Below are positions 9,814 to 18,904 of a stretch of 64,000 nt of DNA, in pieces (position 1 is the stretch's first letter; each line of letters starts with the position of its first letter). The DNA is from Phycisphaerae bacterium (GTDB lineage Bacteria; Planctomycetota; Phycisphaerae; Phycisphaerales; SM1A02), in NCBI GenBank assembly GCA_016795035.1, contig JAEUIT010000010.1:13811-77810 (forward strand), in the 5' to 3' direction. The notes under the pieces are model-generated. The model was not told the origin of the DNA. It ran no database searches and was given only the letters and a program-made list of their open reading frames with translations. The translations under genes were made by a program, and so were the position numbers.

Positions 9814-10503
9814 CTAGCCCCGCGGTCGTCCCTCCGTCGGCGTAGGGACCGACGTGCGGATCACCCCTTGGCGCAGGTACGCGCGGTACGACGGCACGCG
9901 CCACCGGTCCGTCGCGCCGGCGATCTCGACGGTGGAGCGGACGATCGCCGCGCGCGGGATCACGTCGGCGACGAGGACGCCCATCGTCAGCGCCGTGCCC
10001 GTCGCGCATTCCCGCACGAGATCGGCCCACTCCGGACGTTCGGCCGCGAGGAGGTCGAGCGGTTCGTCGTCCTCGTCCTCGTCGTCCTGCTCGAAGAGGT
10101 CGTCGTCGAGCCCGCGGTCGAATCCCACGCCGTCGTCGAGACGGATGGTCGGCAGGTCGGCCCACTGGCACGCCGTGACGGTCGCGGAGAATGCGGCGGC
10201 CCAGACCGCGCTCGACGCTCCGTCGTCGATGGCCTGCGGCGCGCGATCCACGAACTCGAGCATCAGCTCCCGCACCGCGAGCGCGCACTCGAAGCGCACC
10301 GTCGTCGGACCGCCGAAGTGCTCGAGATGGTGGATGAGCGCGCGATTCGCGATGGTCGCGAGGCGACCGCAGAGGCCCGGCCGCATCTCCTCGCGCCACG
10401 AGGTGTCGGCCAACGCGGCTTCCATCGTCTCTTGGGTCAGCAGTGCGGGAAACCTCGGGCGCAGGCGCGTGCGACCGCCATCCGGTGTGACCGGCTTCAC
10501 CAT
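9814..10503 (-). CDS. hypothetical protein with acidic linker
   Basis: ATG at 10503 (MVKPVTPDGG...). Protein-like composition and an acidic tract (DDDLFEQDDEDEDDEPLDLL). No family recognised. Confidence 0.55.
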   Translation of the reverse strand: MVKPVTPDGGRTRLRPRFPALLTQETMEAALADTSWREEMRPGLCGRLATIANRALIHHLEHFGGPTTVRFECALAVRELMLEFVDRAPQAIDDGASSAVWAAAFSATVTACQWADLPTIRLDDGVGFDRGLDDDLFEQDDEDEDDEPLDLLAAERPEWADLVRECATGTALTMGVLVADVIPRAAIVRSTVEIAGATDRWRVPSYRAYLRQGVIRTSVPTPTEGRPRG

Positions 10504-10701
10504 GACAGAACCCTCCGAAGTCGTTGTCGCAAGGCCGCGCGGCATCCAGGCGCGCGGTCTCGCGTGCGTCACGACGGTGGCGGTGCGGCGCTCCGTCGAT
10601 CAGCGGGCGGGAGAGTACCGCCGAAAACGCGATGGTCGAAAAGTCCTGCGCTTTTTCGGCGCGCCGGAATTTTGCGTGGCGACGAGTCGCCGCTCGAGCG
10701 C

Positions 10702-11343
10702 TTACGTCGCGCCGATCTCACGAAGGACGTCGCCGTCGATGCCGAGGAACTCGCGCATGTGCTGGTCGTACACCTCTTGGTCGCGGTCGCGGGAGAAGTC
10801 GAGGCGCAGCTCGTTGATGACCTTAGTGCCCTGGCCGATCCAGTCCTTCCAGGTCTCCGCCGAGATGTTGTCGAAAATCCACTGACCGACCGCACCGCGG
10901 AAGGGCGGCTTCTCGAGCTTCGTGCCCGGGCGCCCGGTCCGACGGCACACGAACGCGCCGCTCGCGCGCAGGCGCTCGGCGGCCTCGTCGGCCTCGCGCG
11001 AGAGGCGCGGCGGCTCGCGACCGATCGAGCGGAGGAGGTCCGCGATCGCCGTCTGCGGCATGCGATCGCCCTTCGCGCCTGCAACGGAGAAACCCTTCTC
11101 GAGGAAGGCCACGGCCTTGTCCGCCCATCCCGCCTCGATCATCGCCTTGCCGCCGAGCTGATACGCCTTGCTCATGTCGGGATTGATCTCGACGCAGCGC
11201 TCGAGGCTCTTCGCCGCCTCCGCCGCGCGGCCTGCCTGGAGATACGCGTTCCCGAGGCTGAAGTGCGCCATGTCGTTGTCGGGATCGGCCGACGCCATCT
11301 TCTCGAACTGCTGGATGCGGGCGTTGAGGTCGGGAGTGGTCAT
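10702..11343 (-). CDS. TPR repeat - YggX (Fe(2+)-trafficking / oxidative damage protection) fusion protein
   Basis: ATG 11343 (MTTPDLNARIQQFEKM...). N-terminal TPR-like repeats. The C-terminal about 75 aa align to E. coli YggX (FVCRRTG...GAVGQWIFDNISAETWKDWIGQGTKVINELRLDF...MREFLG). Confidence 0.8.
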   Translation of the reverse strand: MTTPDLNARIQQFEKMASADPDNDMAHFSLGNAYLQAGRAAEAAKSLERCVEINPDMSKAYQLGGKAMIEAGWADKAVAFLEKGFSVAGAKGDRMPQTAIADLLRSIGREPPRLSREADEAAERLRASGAFVCRRTGRPGTKLEKPPFRGAVGQWIFDNISAETWKDWIGQGTKVINELRLDFSRDRDQEVYDQHMREFLGIDGDVLREIGAT

Positions 11344-11494
11344 GGGAGGGGAATGGTAAGAGAAGGAGAAGGGAGGAACGGCCCACGACGGAAACGCGGG
11401 GCACGCCATTCGCGATCCTCGCTCCTCGAGCCTCGAGCCTCGATGCACGCACCTTCCCATCCTCGGGGCTTTCCCTCTACGCTTCGCCTTCCCG

Positions 11495-12418
11495 ATGTCC
11501 ACCCTCCCGACCACCCTGTGCGGGGTTCGACTCACGAATCCGCTCATCGCGGCCGCAGGAACGTGCGGCTACACCGGCGAACTGGGCGACGCGCTGCCGC
11601 TCGCGAAACTCGGCGCGGTGACGTCGAAGTCGATCACGCTCGAACCGCGCGACGGCAACGCGCCATGGCGCATGGTGGACATTCCCGGGGGCATGCTCAA
11701 CGCGATCGGCCTCGCGAACGTCGGCGTCGACCGCTTCCTCGCGGAGAAGTTGCCGAGCGCCGCGGGCATGGGATGTCCGCTCATCGGCTCGATCGCGGGC
11801 CACTCCGTCGACGACTATCTCTCCGTTGCAGCCAAGTTCGACCGCGAGCCGTCGATCCCGATCGTCGAACTCAACGTTTCCTGTCCGAACACCGCCGACG
11901 GCCTCCAGTTCGGCGAGCATCCGCAGGCGCTGCGGCAACTCCTCGCGGCGGTGCGCCCCGCACTTCCGTCGACGAAGATGCTCGTGAAGCTCTCGCCGAA
12001 CGTCGGCGACATCGTGGCGATGGCGAAGGCCGCGATCGACGGCGGCGCCGACGGCCTCACGCTCATCAACACGGTGAGCGCGATGGCGATCGACGTCGAG
12101 CGTCGCGAGCCGAGGCTCTCGCGCGGCACGGGCGGCCTGAGCGGCACGGCGATCCACGCGATCGCGGTGCGCATGGTGCATCAGGTCTATCGCGGCGTCG
12201 CAAGGGACGCGCGCATCCCGCTCGTCGGGCTCGGCGGCGTCATGCAGTGGCAGGATGCGGCGGAGCTCGTCCTCGCGGGAGCGACGTGCGTCGGCCTGGG
12301 CACCGCGCTCTTCGTGGACCCGCGCACGCCGCTCCGCGTTGCGAAGGGACTCGACGCGTGGGTGCGGCGCCAAGGTGCGACGTCGATCGGCGAGCTGGTC
12401 GGCGCGCTCCGGACGTGA
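11495..12418 (+). CDS. pyrD: dihydroorotate dehydrogenase, class 1 (catalytic Cys)
   Basis: LTNPLIAAAGTCGY, GAVTSKSIT, NAIGLANVG, IVELNVSCPNT, GLSGTAIHAIAVRMV and GLGGV are hallmark class-1 DHOD motifs. Confidence 0.92.
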   Translation: MSTLPTTLCGVRLTNPLIAAAGTCGYTGELGDALPLAKLGAVTSKSITLEPRDGNAPWRMVDIPGGMLNAIGLANVGVDRFLAEKLPSAAGMGCPLIGSIAGHSVDDYLSVAAKFDREPSIPIVELNVSCPNTADGLQFGEHPQALRQLLAAVRPALPSTKMLVKLSPNVGDIVAMAKAAIDGGADGLTLINTVSAMAIDVERREPRLSRGTGGLSGTAIHAIAVRMVHQVYRGVARDARIPLVGLGGVMQWQDAAELVLAGATCVGLGTALFVDPRTPLRVAKGLDAWVRRQGATSIGELVGALRT

Positions 12419-12444
12419 CCGCGCACACGCTACGCTGGCGGACG

Positions 12445-12864
12445 ATGACGAAACGCGAACGTGAACGCTTCGACACGATCTTCGAGGACGTGCTCGAATC
12501 GCTGCCCGAGTCGATCCACGCGCTCCTCGACGACGCGCCGGTCGTCCTCGAAGACCGCGCGCCGCGCAAGGTGCTCGAGGAGCTCGGCATCGAGCCCGAG
12601 GACGACGACCTCTGCGGCCTGCACACCGGCGTCCCGCTGACGCAGCGATCCGTGAACGACCACGGTGTCCTCCCCGACGTGATTCACCTCTTCCGCGAGG
12701 GGATCGTGGCGCACGCGGGCGGGTGGGAGGAAGGCGAGGACGAGGAGGGGCCGTACGGCGGCGAGGAGCGGATTCGCGAGGAGATCCGCATCACGCTGCT
12801 GCATGAGATCGGCCACCACTTCGGCCTCGACGAGGACGACCTCGAGCGGCTCGGATACGCCTGA
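12445..12864 (+). CDS. metallopeptidase family protein (zincin-like, HExxH)
   Basis: ATG 12445. 139 aa ending ...IRITLLHEIGHHFGLDEDDLERLGYA, the small acidic zincin-like family. Confidence 0.8.
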   Translation: MTKRERERFDTIFEDVLESLPESIHALLDDAPVVLEDRAPRKVLEELGIEPEDDDLCGLHTGVPLTQRSVNDHGVLPDVIHLFREGIVAHAGGWEEGEDEEGPYGGEERIREEIRITLLHEIGHHFGLDEDDLERLGYA

Positions 12865-12871
12865 CGGCTCG

Positions 12872-12932
12872 CTCCGCGTTGCAGCCCGTTCCGCGTTGCG
12901 GCAGTTTCCGCGTCGTCGCCTGCAACGTGGAG
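12872..12932. repeat. Inverted pair of the over-represented word (CTCCGCGTTGCAG ... CTGCAACGTGGAG) between convergent genes; terminator-like hairpin
   Basis: The 13-nt arms are complementary with 1 mismatch and separated by about 35 nt. They fill the gap between stop codons at 12864 (+) and 12935 (-). Confidence 0.6.
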
Positions 12933-12934
12933 TG

Positions 12935-14746
12935 TCACGCAGATACGAGCGTGCGCTCCGCAAGCCCGAGGAAGGTCGCGTCGCCCGGCGCGCTCAAGGC
13001 GCGCGACGCAGGCACGTTCAGGGTGAACTGCGACCCCGAGACCCAGCCGACGATGCGTGCGAAGCGCGTGCGATCGCGGCCTTCGCAGCAGATGACCTCG
13101 CCGTCCTCGATGCGGGCGATTGCGTCGGTCACGGGCTCGCCGCCGCCCACGTCGGCCGCGCCGAGCGACGCGCGGGCGTGGCGACCGGACCAGATCGCGG
13201 TGCGGCCGCGTCCGAGGCGATCCTCGGCCCAGCGCGCCGCGAGCTGGTCGACGTCGTGGTTGCCTGTCCATGCGATCACCCAACCGACGTCGTCGGGCGC
13301 CGCGATGTCGTCCATCCAACGCGCATCGGTCGCATCGCCGGCGATCGCGTCGAGCCCTTGCGCCTGCGCGGCATGCACCTGCGCGATGCTCTGGTCGACG
13401 ATGCGCACGTGCACGCCGTGCGAGGAGAGGAGTTTCGCGAAGGCAACGCTGAGCGGATGTCCTCCGATGAGCATGACCGCCGAGCCTTCGCCGGCGCGGA
13501 CGCGAAGCGCCCAGCCGATGACGGGCGAGATGATCGTTCCCGCGAGCACGGTGCCGACGATCGTCACGAACATGACGACGTCGAGGCGATCGACATCGGC
13601 GAGGAGGAGGCTCGTCGTCGAGGCCGAATCGGTCCCGTCGCCGGCGAGTGCGGCGCGAAGCTCCGCGGCGGCGACCGCGGTGACGGAGAGCGCCACGATG
13701 CCGCGCGGCGCGAAGGTCGCCGCGAACGCGCGTTCTCCGGGCGAAAGCCGCGATCGAAACGTGGAGAGCGTCACCGCGACGGGGCGGATCGCGAAGAGGA
13801 GGACGCCCACGAACGCCGCTTCGCGCCAGCCGACCACGGAGAGTCGCCGTATGTCGAAGCGCGACGCCAGCAGCACGAATAGGGTGCCCACGAGCATCAC
13901 CGCGAGCAATTCCTTGAACGCCCGCAGCTCGGTCGCGCCGAGCACCTTCGCCCGCGCCATGATGACGCCGCAGATCGTGACCGCGGCCAGCCCGCCTTCG
14001 GGGGCGATCGCTTCGCCGAGTCCGACGCACGTCATGCACACGCCGACGGCGACGAGATTCACGAGGCGCGGATCGGGGCGCGCGGCGTGGCCGAGCCACT
14101 GGAGGAGACGCCGCCCGACGACGCCCATGACGATGCCGAGGCACGCGCCGCCGATGAGCGGCTTCAGGAAGAGGAAGGCGCCGGCGCCGGCGATGCCGAG
14201 CGCGGGGCCGCCGTCCAGATAGCGGCGCACGATCTCGAGCGTCGTCACCGTGGCGACGACGCCGAGGGGATCGATCAGCACCGCCTCCGCGCCGAGGACC
14301 GCATGCAGGCGCGGCGCGACGCGCATCGAGCGGAGAATCGGCTGGACGACCGTGGGGCCCGTCACGATGAGCGCGGCGCCGAGGATGATCGCGATCGGCC
14401 AAGTGAACCCGAGGAGGTAGTGCGCGGCGACGCTCGCGCCGATCCAGGTCAGGAGCGCGCCGACCGTGAGGAGTCCCCAGACCGCGCGCGGCGCGCGGCC
14501 AAGCTCCTCGCGGTTGAGGTGGAGCGCGCCCTCGAAGATGAGGAGGCCGATCGCGACGGTGATGAAGCCGGTGAGCGAATTGCCGAGCGACCCCGCGTCG
14601 ACGACGCCGAGTCCGGAGGTCCCGAGGCCCACGCCGACGACGAGGAGCGGCAGGAGGGACGGGACCCGGAGGCGCCGGCACGCGACGCTTACGAGGGCGC
14701 TGACTCCGAGCGAGAGCGCAAGGGATTGGGCGGCGGAATCGGACAC
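12935..14746 (-). CDS. cation:proton (Na+/H+) antiporter, CPA1 family, with C-terminal TrkA-N-like domain
   Basis: About 12 TM segments (LPLLVVGVGLG, LIFEGALHL, IILGAALIVTGPTVV, LIDPLGV...) followed by a soluble domain (VMLIGGHPLSVAFAKLL). GTG start at 14746 chosen. The ORF extends to 14908, but that extension is Arg-rich and not protein-like. Confidence 0.8.
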   Translation of the reverse strand: MSDSAAQSLALSLGVSALVSVACRRLRVPSLLPLLVVGVGLGTSGLGVVDAGSLGNSLTGFITVAIGLLIFEGALHLNREELGRAPRAVWGLLTVGALLTWIGASVAAHYLLGFTWPIAIILGAALIVTGPTVVQPILRSMRVAPRLHAVLGAEAVLIDPLGVVATVTTLEIVRRYLDGGPALGIAGAGAFLFLKPLIGGACLGIVMGVVGRRLLQWLGHAARPDPRLVNLVAVGVCMTCVGLGEAIAPEGGLAAVTICGVIMARAKVLGATELRAFKELLAVMLVGTLFVLLASRFDIRRLSVVGWREAAFVGVLLFAIRPVAVTLSTFRSRLSPGERAFAATFAPRGIVALSVTAVAAAELRAALAGDGTDSASTTSLLLADVDRLDVVMFVTIVGTVLAGTIISPVIGWALRVRAGEGSAVMLIGGHPLSVAFAKLLSSHGVHVRIVDQSIAQVHAAQAQGLDAIAGDATDARWMDDIAAPDDVGWVIAWTGNHDVDQLAARWAEDRLGRGRTAIWSGRHARASLGAADVGGGEPVTDAIARIEDGEVICCEGRDRTRFARIVGWVSGSQFTLNVPASRALSAPGDATFLGLAERTLVSA

Positions 14747-14991
14747 GGGGACGGGGTGTGGACGGGTCGCGGGGACGCGAGTCGAAATCGGGGCCGCAGC
14801 GTAGCGACGCGCGCGGATTGCGCGCGATCGGCCACAACCTGTCGTGGGTTTCTGCGCGTCGACCACAAGTCGCGTCGGCGAGCGCGAAACGGCTCGGCGC
14901 TTTTTCATCGGCCGCGCGCGCGCGAGCCGAAAACGACGGGCCGGGCAACCTTGCCTAGAGGCCGACGCACGACGAATTGAGGCCTTCGTCC

Positions 14992-15198
14992 ATGCCGAGC
15001 AAGAACGAACTGATCGACCGCATCCGCCAGATCAACCAGAGCGCCGACGGGCGTTGGCTCGAGTCCTTCGACCAGCAGGCGCTCTTCGACTACTTCGAGC
15101 ACCTGCAGATCCTCGCCGAACCGCGGGGCCGCTCGAGCGTCTGGCGTCGTCGCGGCGACACGACTGCGATCGTGGCCCTGAGCAACCGCTCGGAGTGA
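14992..15198 (+). CDS. small hypothetical protein
   Basis: ATG 14992 (MPSKNELIDRIRQINQSADGRWLESFDQQALFDYFEHLQIL...). Balanced, protein-like composition in an otherwise unassigned gap. Confidence 0.5.
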   Translation: MPSKNELIDRIRQINQSADGRWLESFDQQALFDYFEHLQILAEPRGRSSVWRRRGDTTAIVALSNRSE

Positions 15199-15259
15199 GC
15201 GTCCGCCCGATGCGAACGGGCGGTCGCGCGCGGCGCGGAGTTAGGCCGCGCCCTGCGAC

Positions 15260-16297
15260 TCAGTCCTCGACGACGCGCATCGCGAAGAGATCCTGGACAT
15301 CGATGAGTCCGAGCGGTCGATCGTCGTGGTCGACGACGGGAATCTCGTCGAGCCGGCACTCGCGGATGAGCTGCACCGCGTCGCGCACGAGCGAATCGAC
15401 GCCGAGCCGCTTCGGCTGCTTCGTCATGACCGCGCGGATCGGCTGATCGAGAAACTCCGCGTTGCCGGAGTTCACGAGGCGGCGAAGGTCGCCGTCGGTG
15501 AAGATGCCCGAGAGGCGACCGGACGGATCGACGAGGACGACGGCGCCCGCGCGTCGGCCCTCGCCGGCGGTCTTGAGCGCGTCGCGCACGAGCGTCGTGT
15601 CGGCGATGACCGGGAGGTTCGATCCGACGCGGAACCGGATGATCTCGGTGACCGGCTTGAGGTTCGCGCCGAGCATGCCGCCCGGATGGCGGCGGTGGAA
15701 GTCGTCGGCGGTGAAGTTGCGTCGGCGGCTGACGGCGAGCGCGAGGACGTCGCCCGCCGCGAGCATCGCGGTGGAGGACGCGGTCGGCGCGAGGCCGTTC
15801 GGGCACGCTTCGACGATCGGACCGAGGTCGAGGTGGACGTCACAGAGGCGTGCGAGGCTCGACGCGGGCTTGCTCGACATGCCGATCCGATTCACGCCAT
15901 CGGCCTTGAGGATCGCCGCGAGGGTCACGACCTCGTCGGTCTCGCCGCTGAAACTCAGGAGGAGGACGACGTCTCCGGTGCGGATTCGGCCGAGATCGCC
16001 GTGGACCGCCTCCGCGGGGTGGACGACGTGCGACGGCTGGCCGAGGCTCGCCAAGGTCGCCGAGATCTTCGCCCCGACGAGACCCGACTTGCCCATGCCG
16101 CTCACGACCACGTGGCCGGGGCATGCAACGAGGAGATCGATGGCGGCCTGCCACGCGGTGGCTTCGGGCGACGACGGAGCGGCCAGCCGCTCGGCGAGCC
16201 GGCGGATGGCGTCGGCTTCGGCGGTCAGGGCGTTAACGAGGAAGGCGCGTTCGGCCGTGGCCGGGCCGTTCGTGGCGGGGAGGACGGAGGCGGACAT
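15260..16297 (-). CDS. kdsD: arabinose-5-phosphate isomerase (KpsF/GutQ/KdsD family; SIS + 2 CBS domains)
   Basis: ATG 16297. SIS motif VVVSGMGKSGLVGAKISATLASLG and LLLSFSGET, then tandem CBS domains ending ...IPVVDHDDRPLGLIDVQDL. Confidence 0.9.
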   Translation of the reverse strand: MSASVLPATNGPATAERAFLVNALTAEADAIRRLAERLAAPSSPEATAWQAAIDLLVACPGHVVVSGMGKSGLVGAKISATLASLGQPSHVVHPAEAVHGDLGRIRTGDVVLLLSFSGETDEVVTLAAILKADGVNRIGMSSKPASSLARLCDVHLDLGPIVEACPNGLAPTASSTAMLAAGDVLALAVSRRRNFTADDFHRRHPGGMLGANLKPVTEIIRFRVGSNLPVIADTTLVRDALKTAGEGRRAGAVVLVDPSGRLSGIFTDGDLRRLVNSGNAEFLDQPIRAVMTKQPKRLGVDSLVRDAVQLIRECRLDEIPVVDHDDRPLGLIDVQDLFAMRVVED

Positions 16298-16430
16298 GCG
16301 GGAAGAGTCTACCGTGCGGCGGGAAACGGCAGATTTCTGGCGCCGCAATGCCGGACCATACGCCGTCGTTGGCGGTGCCCCAGACGCTCCTGCGGGAGTC
16401 CCGCTGGCGAACCCCACTTGGAGATTCCGC

Positions 16431-17963
16431 ATGACCACGCGCTCGCTCGCGTCGCTCGCCGGGGCCGCACTGACGATCTCCCTCACGGTCTCCACGTTGC
16501 AGGCGATCGGCGCGCCCGCGACGCCCGCGCCGCCCGCGCTGGGCGTGCGCTATCTCGTCGTCTGGTATACGAAAGACGCAGGCCCGCAGTACCGACCGGC
16601 CGCGCACAAACTCATCAAGATGCATGGCGCGTCGGAGTTCAAGTGGGACGGCGACATCGAGGCGCTCAAGGACGAGCTTCTTGAGCAGAAGCCTGCGCAT
16701 CTCGCGCTCGTCCTTCCGCCCGACCTGATCGATGCGCAGCTCGTTCGCGACCTCGCGCCGACGCTCGCGCGCTTCGACGACGATCCCTTCCTCGACTGCC
16801 GACTCGGATTCATCACCGGCGGCGACGGGAAGATCGCGGCGGACTTCGTCGACACCATCGCGAAGGCGAGCGGCGGCGACATTCCCGACCGCACCGTGAG
16901 CGCCCGCATCGAGCTGTCGGAGAAGAGCGTGCGCGCCGGTCCGGCCGCGCTCGAGTCGGCGATCGACCGGGCGCTCTCCTCGGTCGACCTCGAGATCGGC
17001 GCGAAGGACCCGGCCTGGCAACCGTTCATCGACAAGCAGCGGCACGAGCTCATGGACGCGGGCATCGTCGAGATTGTCGACACCGGCGTCTCCGCGTTGC
17101 GGGACTTCACGCCGGCGATTCTCTTCGGCACGAACTCGCTGTATCCGGCGATCATCTTCGACGGCTCCTCGCGCAACGCGGCCACCGAACCCGTCGACCC
17201 CTCGACGGTCGACGAGAAGGCGACGATCGCGACGATGCCGATCGTGCTCGAGGCCATACGGCTCGGCGCCGTCGCGTACGTCGCGTCCGTCGGGGCCGCG
17301 AGCCCGAATCGCACGAGGCTCGAGCAGTGGCTCATTCTCGAAGGCGATCGCTCGATCGGCGACGCGCTTCGGATCGCGCACGACGACCTCGTCATCGGCG
17401 CGCTCGACGACGAGGTCATGCGCGACTATCTCGTCGAGGGCTTCCGCAACGGGGAGATGCCGCTCGAATCGGTCGAGCTCTACGACGACGTCGCATTGCG
17501 CGTTCTCTTCGGCGATCCGGCGTTCGTCCCGTTCCGCGACCGGCGCCCGTCGAACCATGCGGTCGACTTCGACGTCTCGAAGGACTCGCTCGCCGTCACG
17601 AGCGAGTGGACGCGCCTCGACCTCGATCCCTGGGTGTGGGACCGATGGCGCGCGGACTCCGCGGTCGGCCGCGAGTTGGGGCGGGTGTACGAGCGGATTG
17701 AATTGCCGTTCGGGCTGCGGCTCGATCACGATCAGCTGCCGATCGTCACCGCCGTGAAGGTCGAGGCGACGGGGGGGCGACGACGCCAGGACGTTCCCGC
17801 GACCGGCGTCGCGTATCGCGAACTCGATCCCGACGGCCGCTCGGTGCTGCACGTCTTGGTCCGCGGGCCGCGGGCCCTGATGCGGCCTCCGGGACCGGTC
17901 GATCCCGAGGCGACGCTCCGGAGTTACGCGGAATTGGTGCTCGTCCCGATCCCCGCGCGGTGA
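16431..17963 (+). CDS. secreted hypothetical protein
   Basis: ATG 16431. Signal peptide (MTTRSLASLAGAALTISLTVSTLQAIGAPA) followed by a 510-aa protein-like sequence. No family recognised. Confidence 0.7.
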   Translation: MTTRSLASLAGAALTISLTVSTLQAIGAPATPAPPALGVRYLVVWYTKDAGPQYRPAAHKLIKMHGASEFKWDGDIEALKDELLEQKPAHLALVLPPDLIDAQLVRDLAPTLARFDDDPFLDCRLGFITGGDGKIAADFVDTIAKASGGDIPDRTVSARIELSEKSVRAGPAALESAIDRALSSVDLEIGAKDPAWQPFIDKQRHELMDAGIVEIVDTGVSALRDFTPAILFGTNSLYPAIIFDGSSRNAATEPVDPSTVDEKATIATMPIVLEAIRLGAVAYVASVGAASPNRTRLEQWLILEGDRSIGDALRIAHDDLVIGALDDEVMRDYLVEGFRNGEMPLESVELYDDVALRVLFGDPAFVPFRDRRPSNHAVDFDVSKDSLAVTSEWTRLDLDPWVWDRWRADSAVGRELGRVYERIELPFGLRLDHDQLPIVTAVKVEATGGRRRQDVPATGVAYRELDPDGRSVLHVLVRGPRALMRPPGPVDPEATLRSYAELVLVPIPAR

Positions 17964-18017
17964 CTCCGTCCGTCGGGCGCCGGAGCGCCGGGGAGGCCGC
18001 GCCGATACGCTACCGGC

Positions 18018-18836
18018 ATGTCCTCTCCGGACGACTACCAAGTCCATCTCTCGAGCTTTCAAGGGCCGCTCGACCTACTCCTCTACCTGATCCGTCGGGC
18101 CGAGGTGGCGATCGAGGAGATCCCGATCCACGAGATCACCGAGCAGTACCTCTCGTACCTCGAGCAGCTCGGGACCGACGACCTCATCGACATCGACGTT
18201 GCAGGCGAGTTCCTCGTGATGGCCGCGACGCTCGTCGAGATCAAGTCGCGCACGCTCGCGCCGAAGCCGGAAGGGGAGGACGGGCAGCCCGCCGCCGAGC
18301 CGAAGGAAGCGGTCGATCCGCGGCAGGAATTGGTCGCGCAGCTTCTTGCGTACCAGCGCTTCCGCAACGCCGCCGACGAGTTGGAGCGGCTTCGCGCCGA
18401 GTACTCCGCGAAGTGGGTGGCGCGGGCGCACGGCAGCGAAGTGCCCGAACGCTCCGACGACGCGGAGATGGACGTCGACCTCGAGGACGCGCACATCCTC
18501 GACCTCTTCGAGACCTACGAACGGATCATCGGATCGATCGATCTCTCGCGCCTGGGTGACCACCGCGTCGAGTACGACGACACGCCGATCACGCTCCACC
18601 AGACCGACTTGCTCGACCGGCTGCAACGCTCGGTGACGAAGAAGCTGTCCCTGCGCGACGCCTTCGACGGCCGCACGCGCGGCGAGATGATCGGGCTCTT
18701 CCTGGCGACGCTCGAACTCGCGCGGCAGCGGAAGATCCTGGTGAAGCAGGACGATGTCCTCGGCGACATCCAGATCGAGCTCAATCCCGAGGACGACGGC
18801 GTGATGGCGTTCGAGAGTTCCGAGGCGAAGAGCTGA
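18018..18836 (+). CDS. scpA: segregation and condensation protein A
   Basis: FQGPLDLLLYLIRRAEVAIEEIPIHEITEQYL...AGEFLVMAATLVEIKSRTL is the typical ScpA N-terminus, and the length matches. Confidence 0.9.
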   Translation: MSSPDDYQVHLSSFQGPLDLLLYLIRRAEVAIEEIPIHEITEQYLSYLEQLGTDDLIDIDVAGEFLVMAATLVEIKSRTLAPKPEGEDGQPAAEPKEAVDPRQELVAQLLAYQRFRNAADELERLRAEYSAKWVARAHGSEVPERSDDAEMDVDLEDAHILDLFETYERIIGSIDLSRLGDHRVEYDDTPITLHQTDLLDRLQRSVTKKLSLRDAFDGRTRGEMIGLFLATLELARQRKILVKQDDVLGDIQIELNPEDDGVMAFESSEAKS

Positions 18837-18904
18837 GAGCGTGGTGGGGTGCGGTCTGGCGGGAGGACGTGGTGCGCGCGGGACGCGGCACGCGGGGGTC
18901 TGGT

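Noticed and set aside
9868-12864. Very long shadow ORFs in the track (9868..12864 +, 12684..14948 -, 24568..26622 -, 36209..39442 +, 42161..45298 -, 57605..61429 -, 61483..63882 -, 16233..18062 -)
   Set aside because: They have extreme Arg/Ala/Gly/Asp composition typical of off-frame or antisense reading of high-GC genes. Each is fully overlapped by a recognisable conserved gene in another frame or strand. Only the in-frame tail of 9868..12864 (12445..12864) and of 36209..39442 (38573..39442) was kept.
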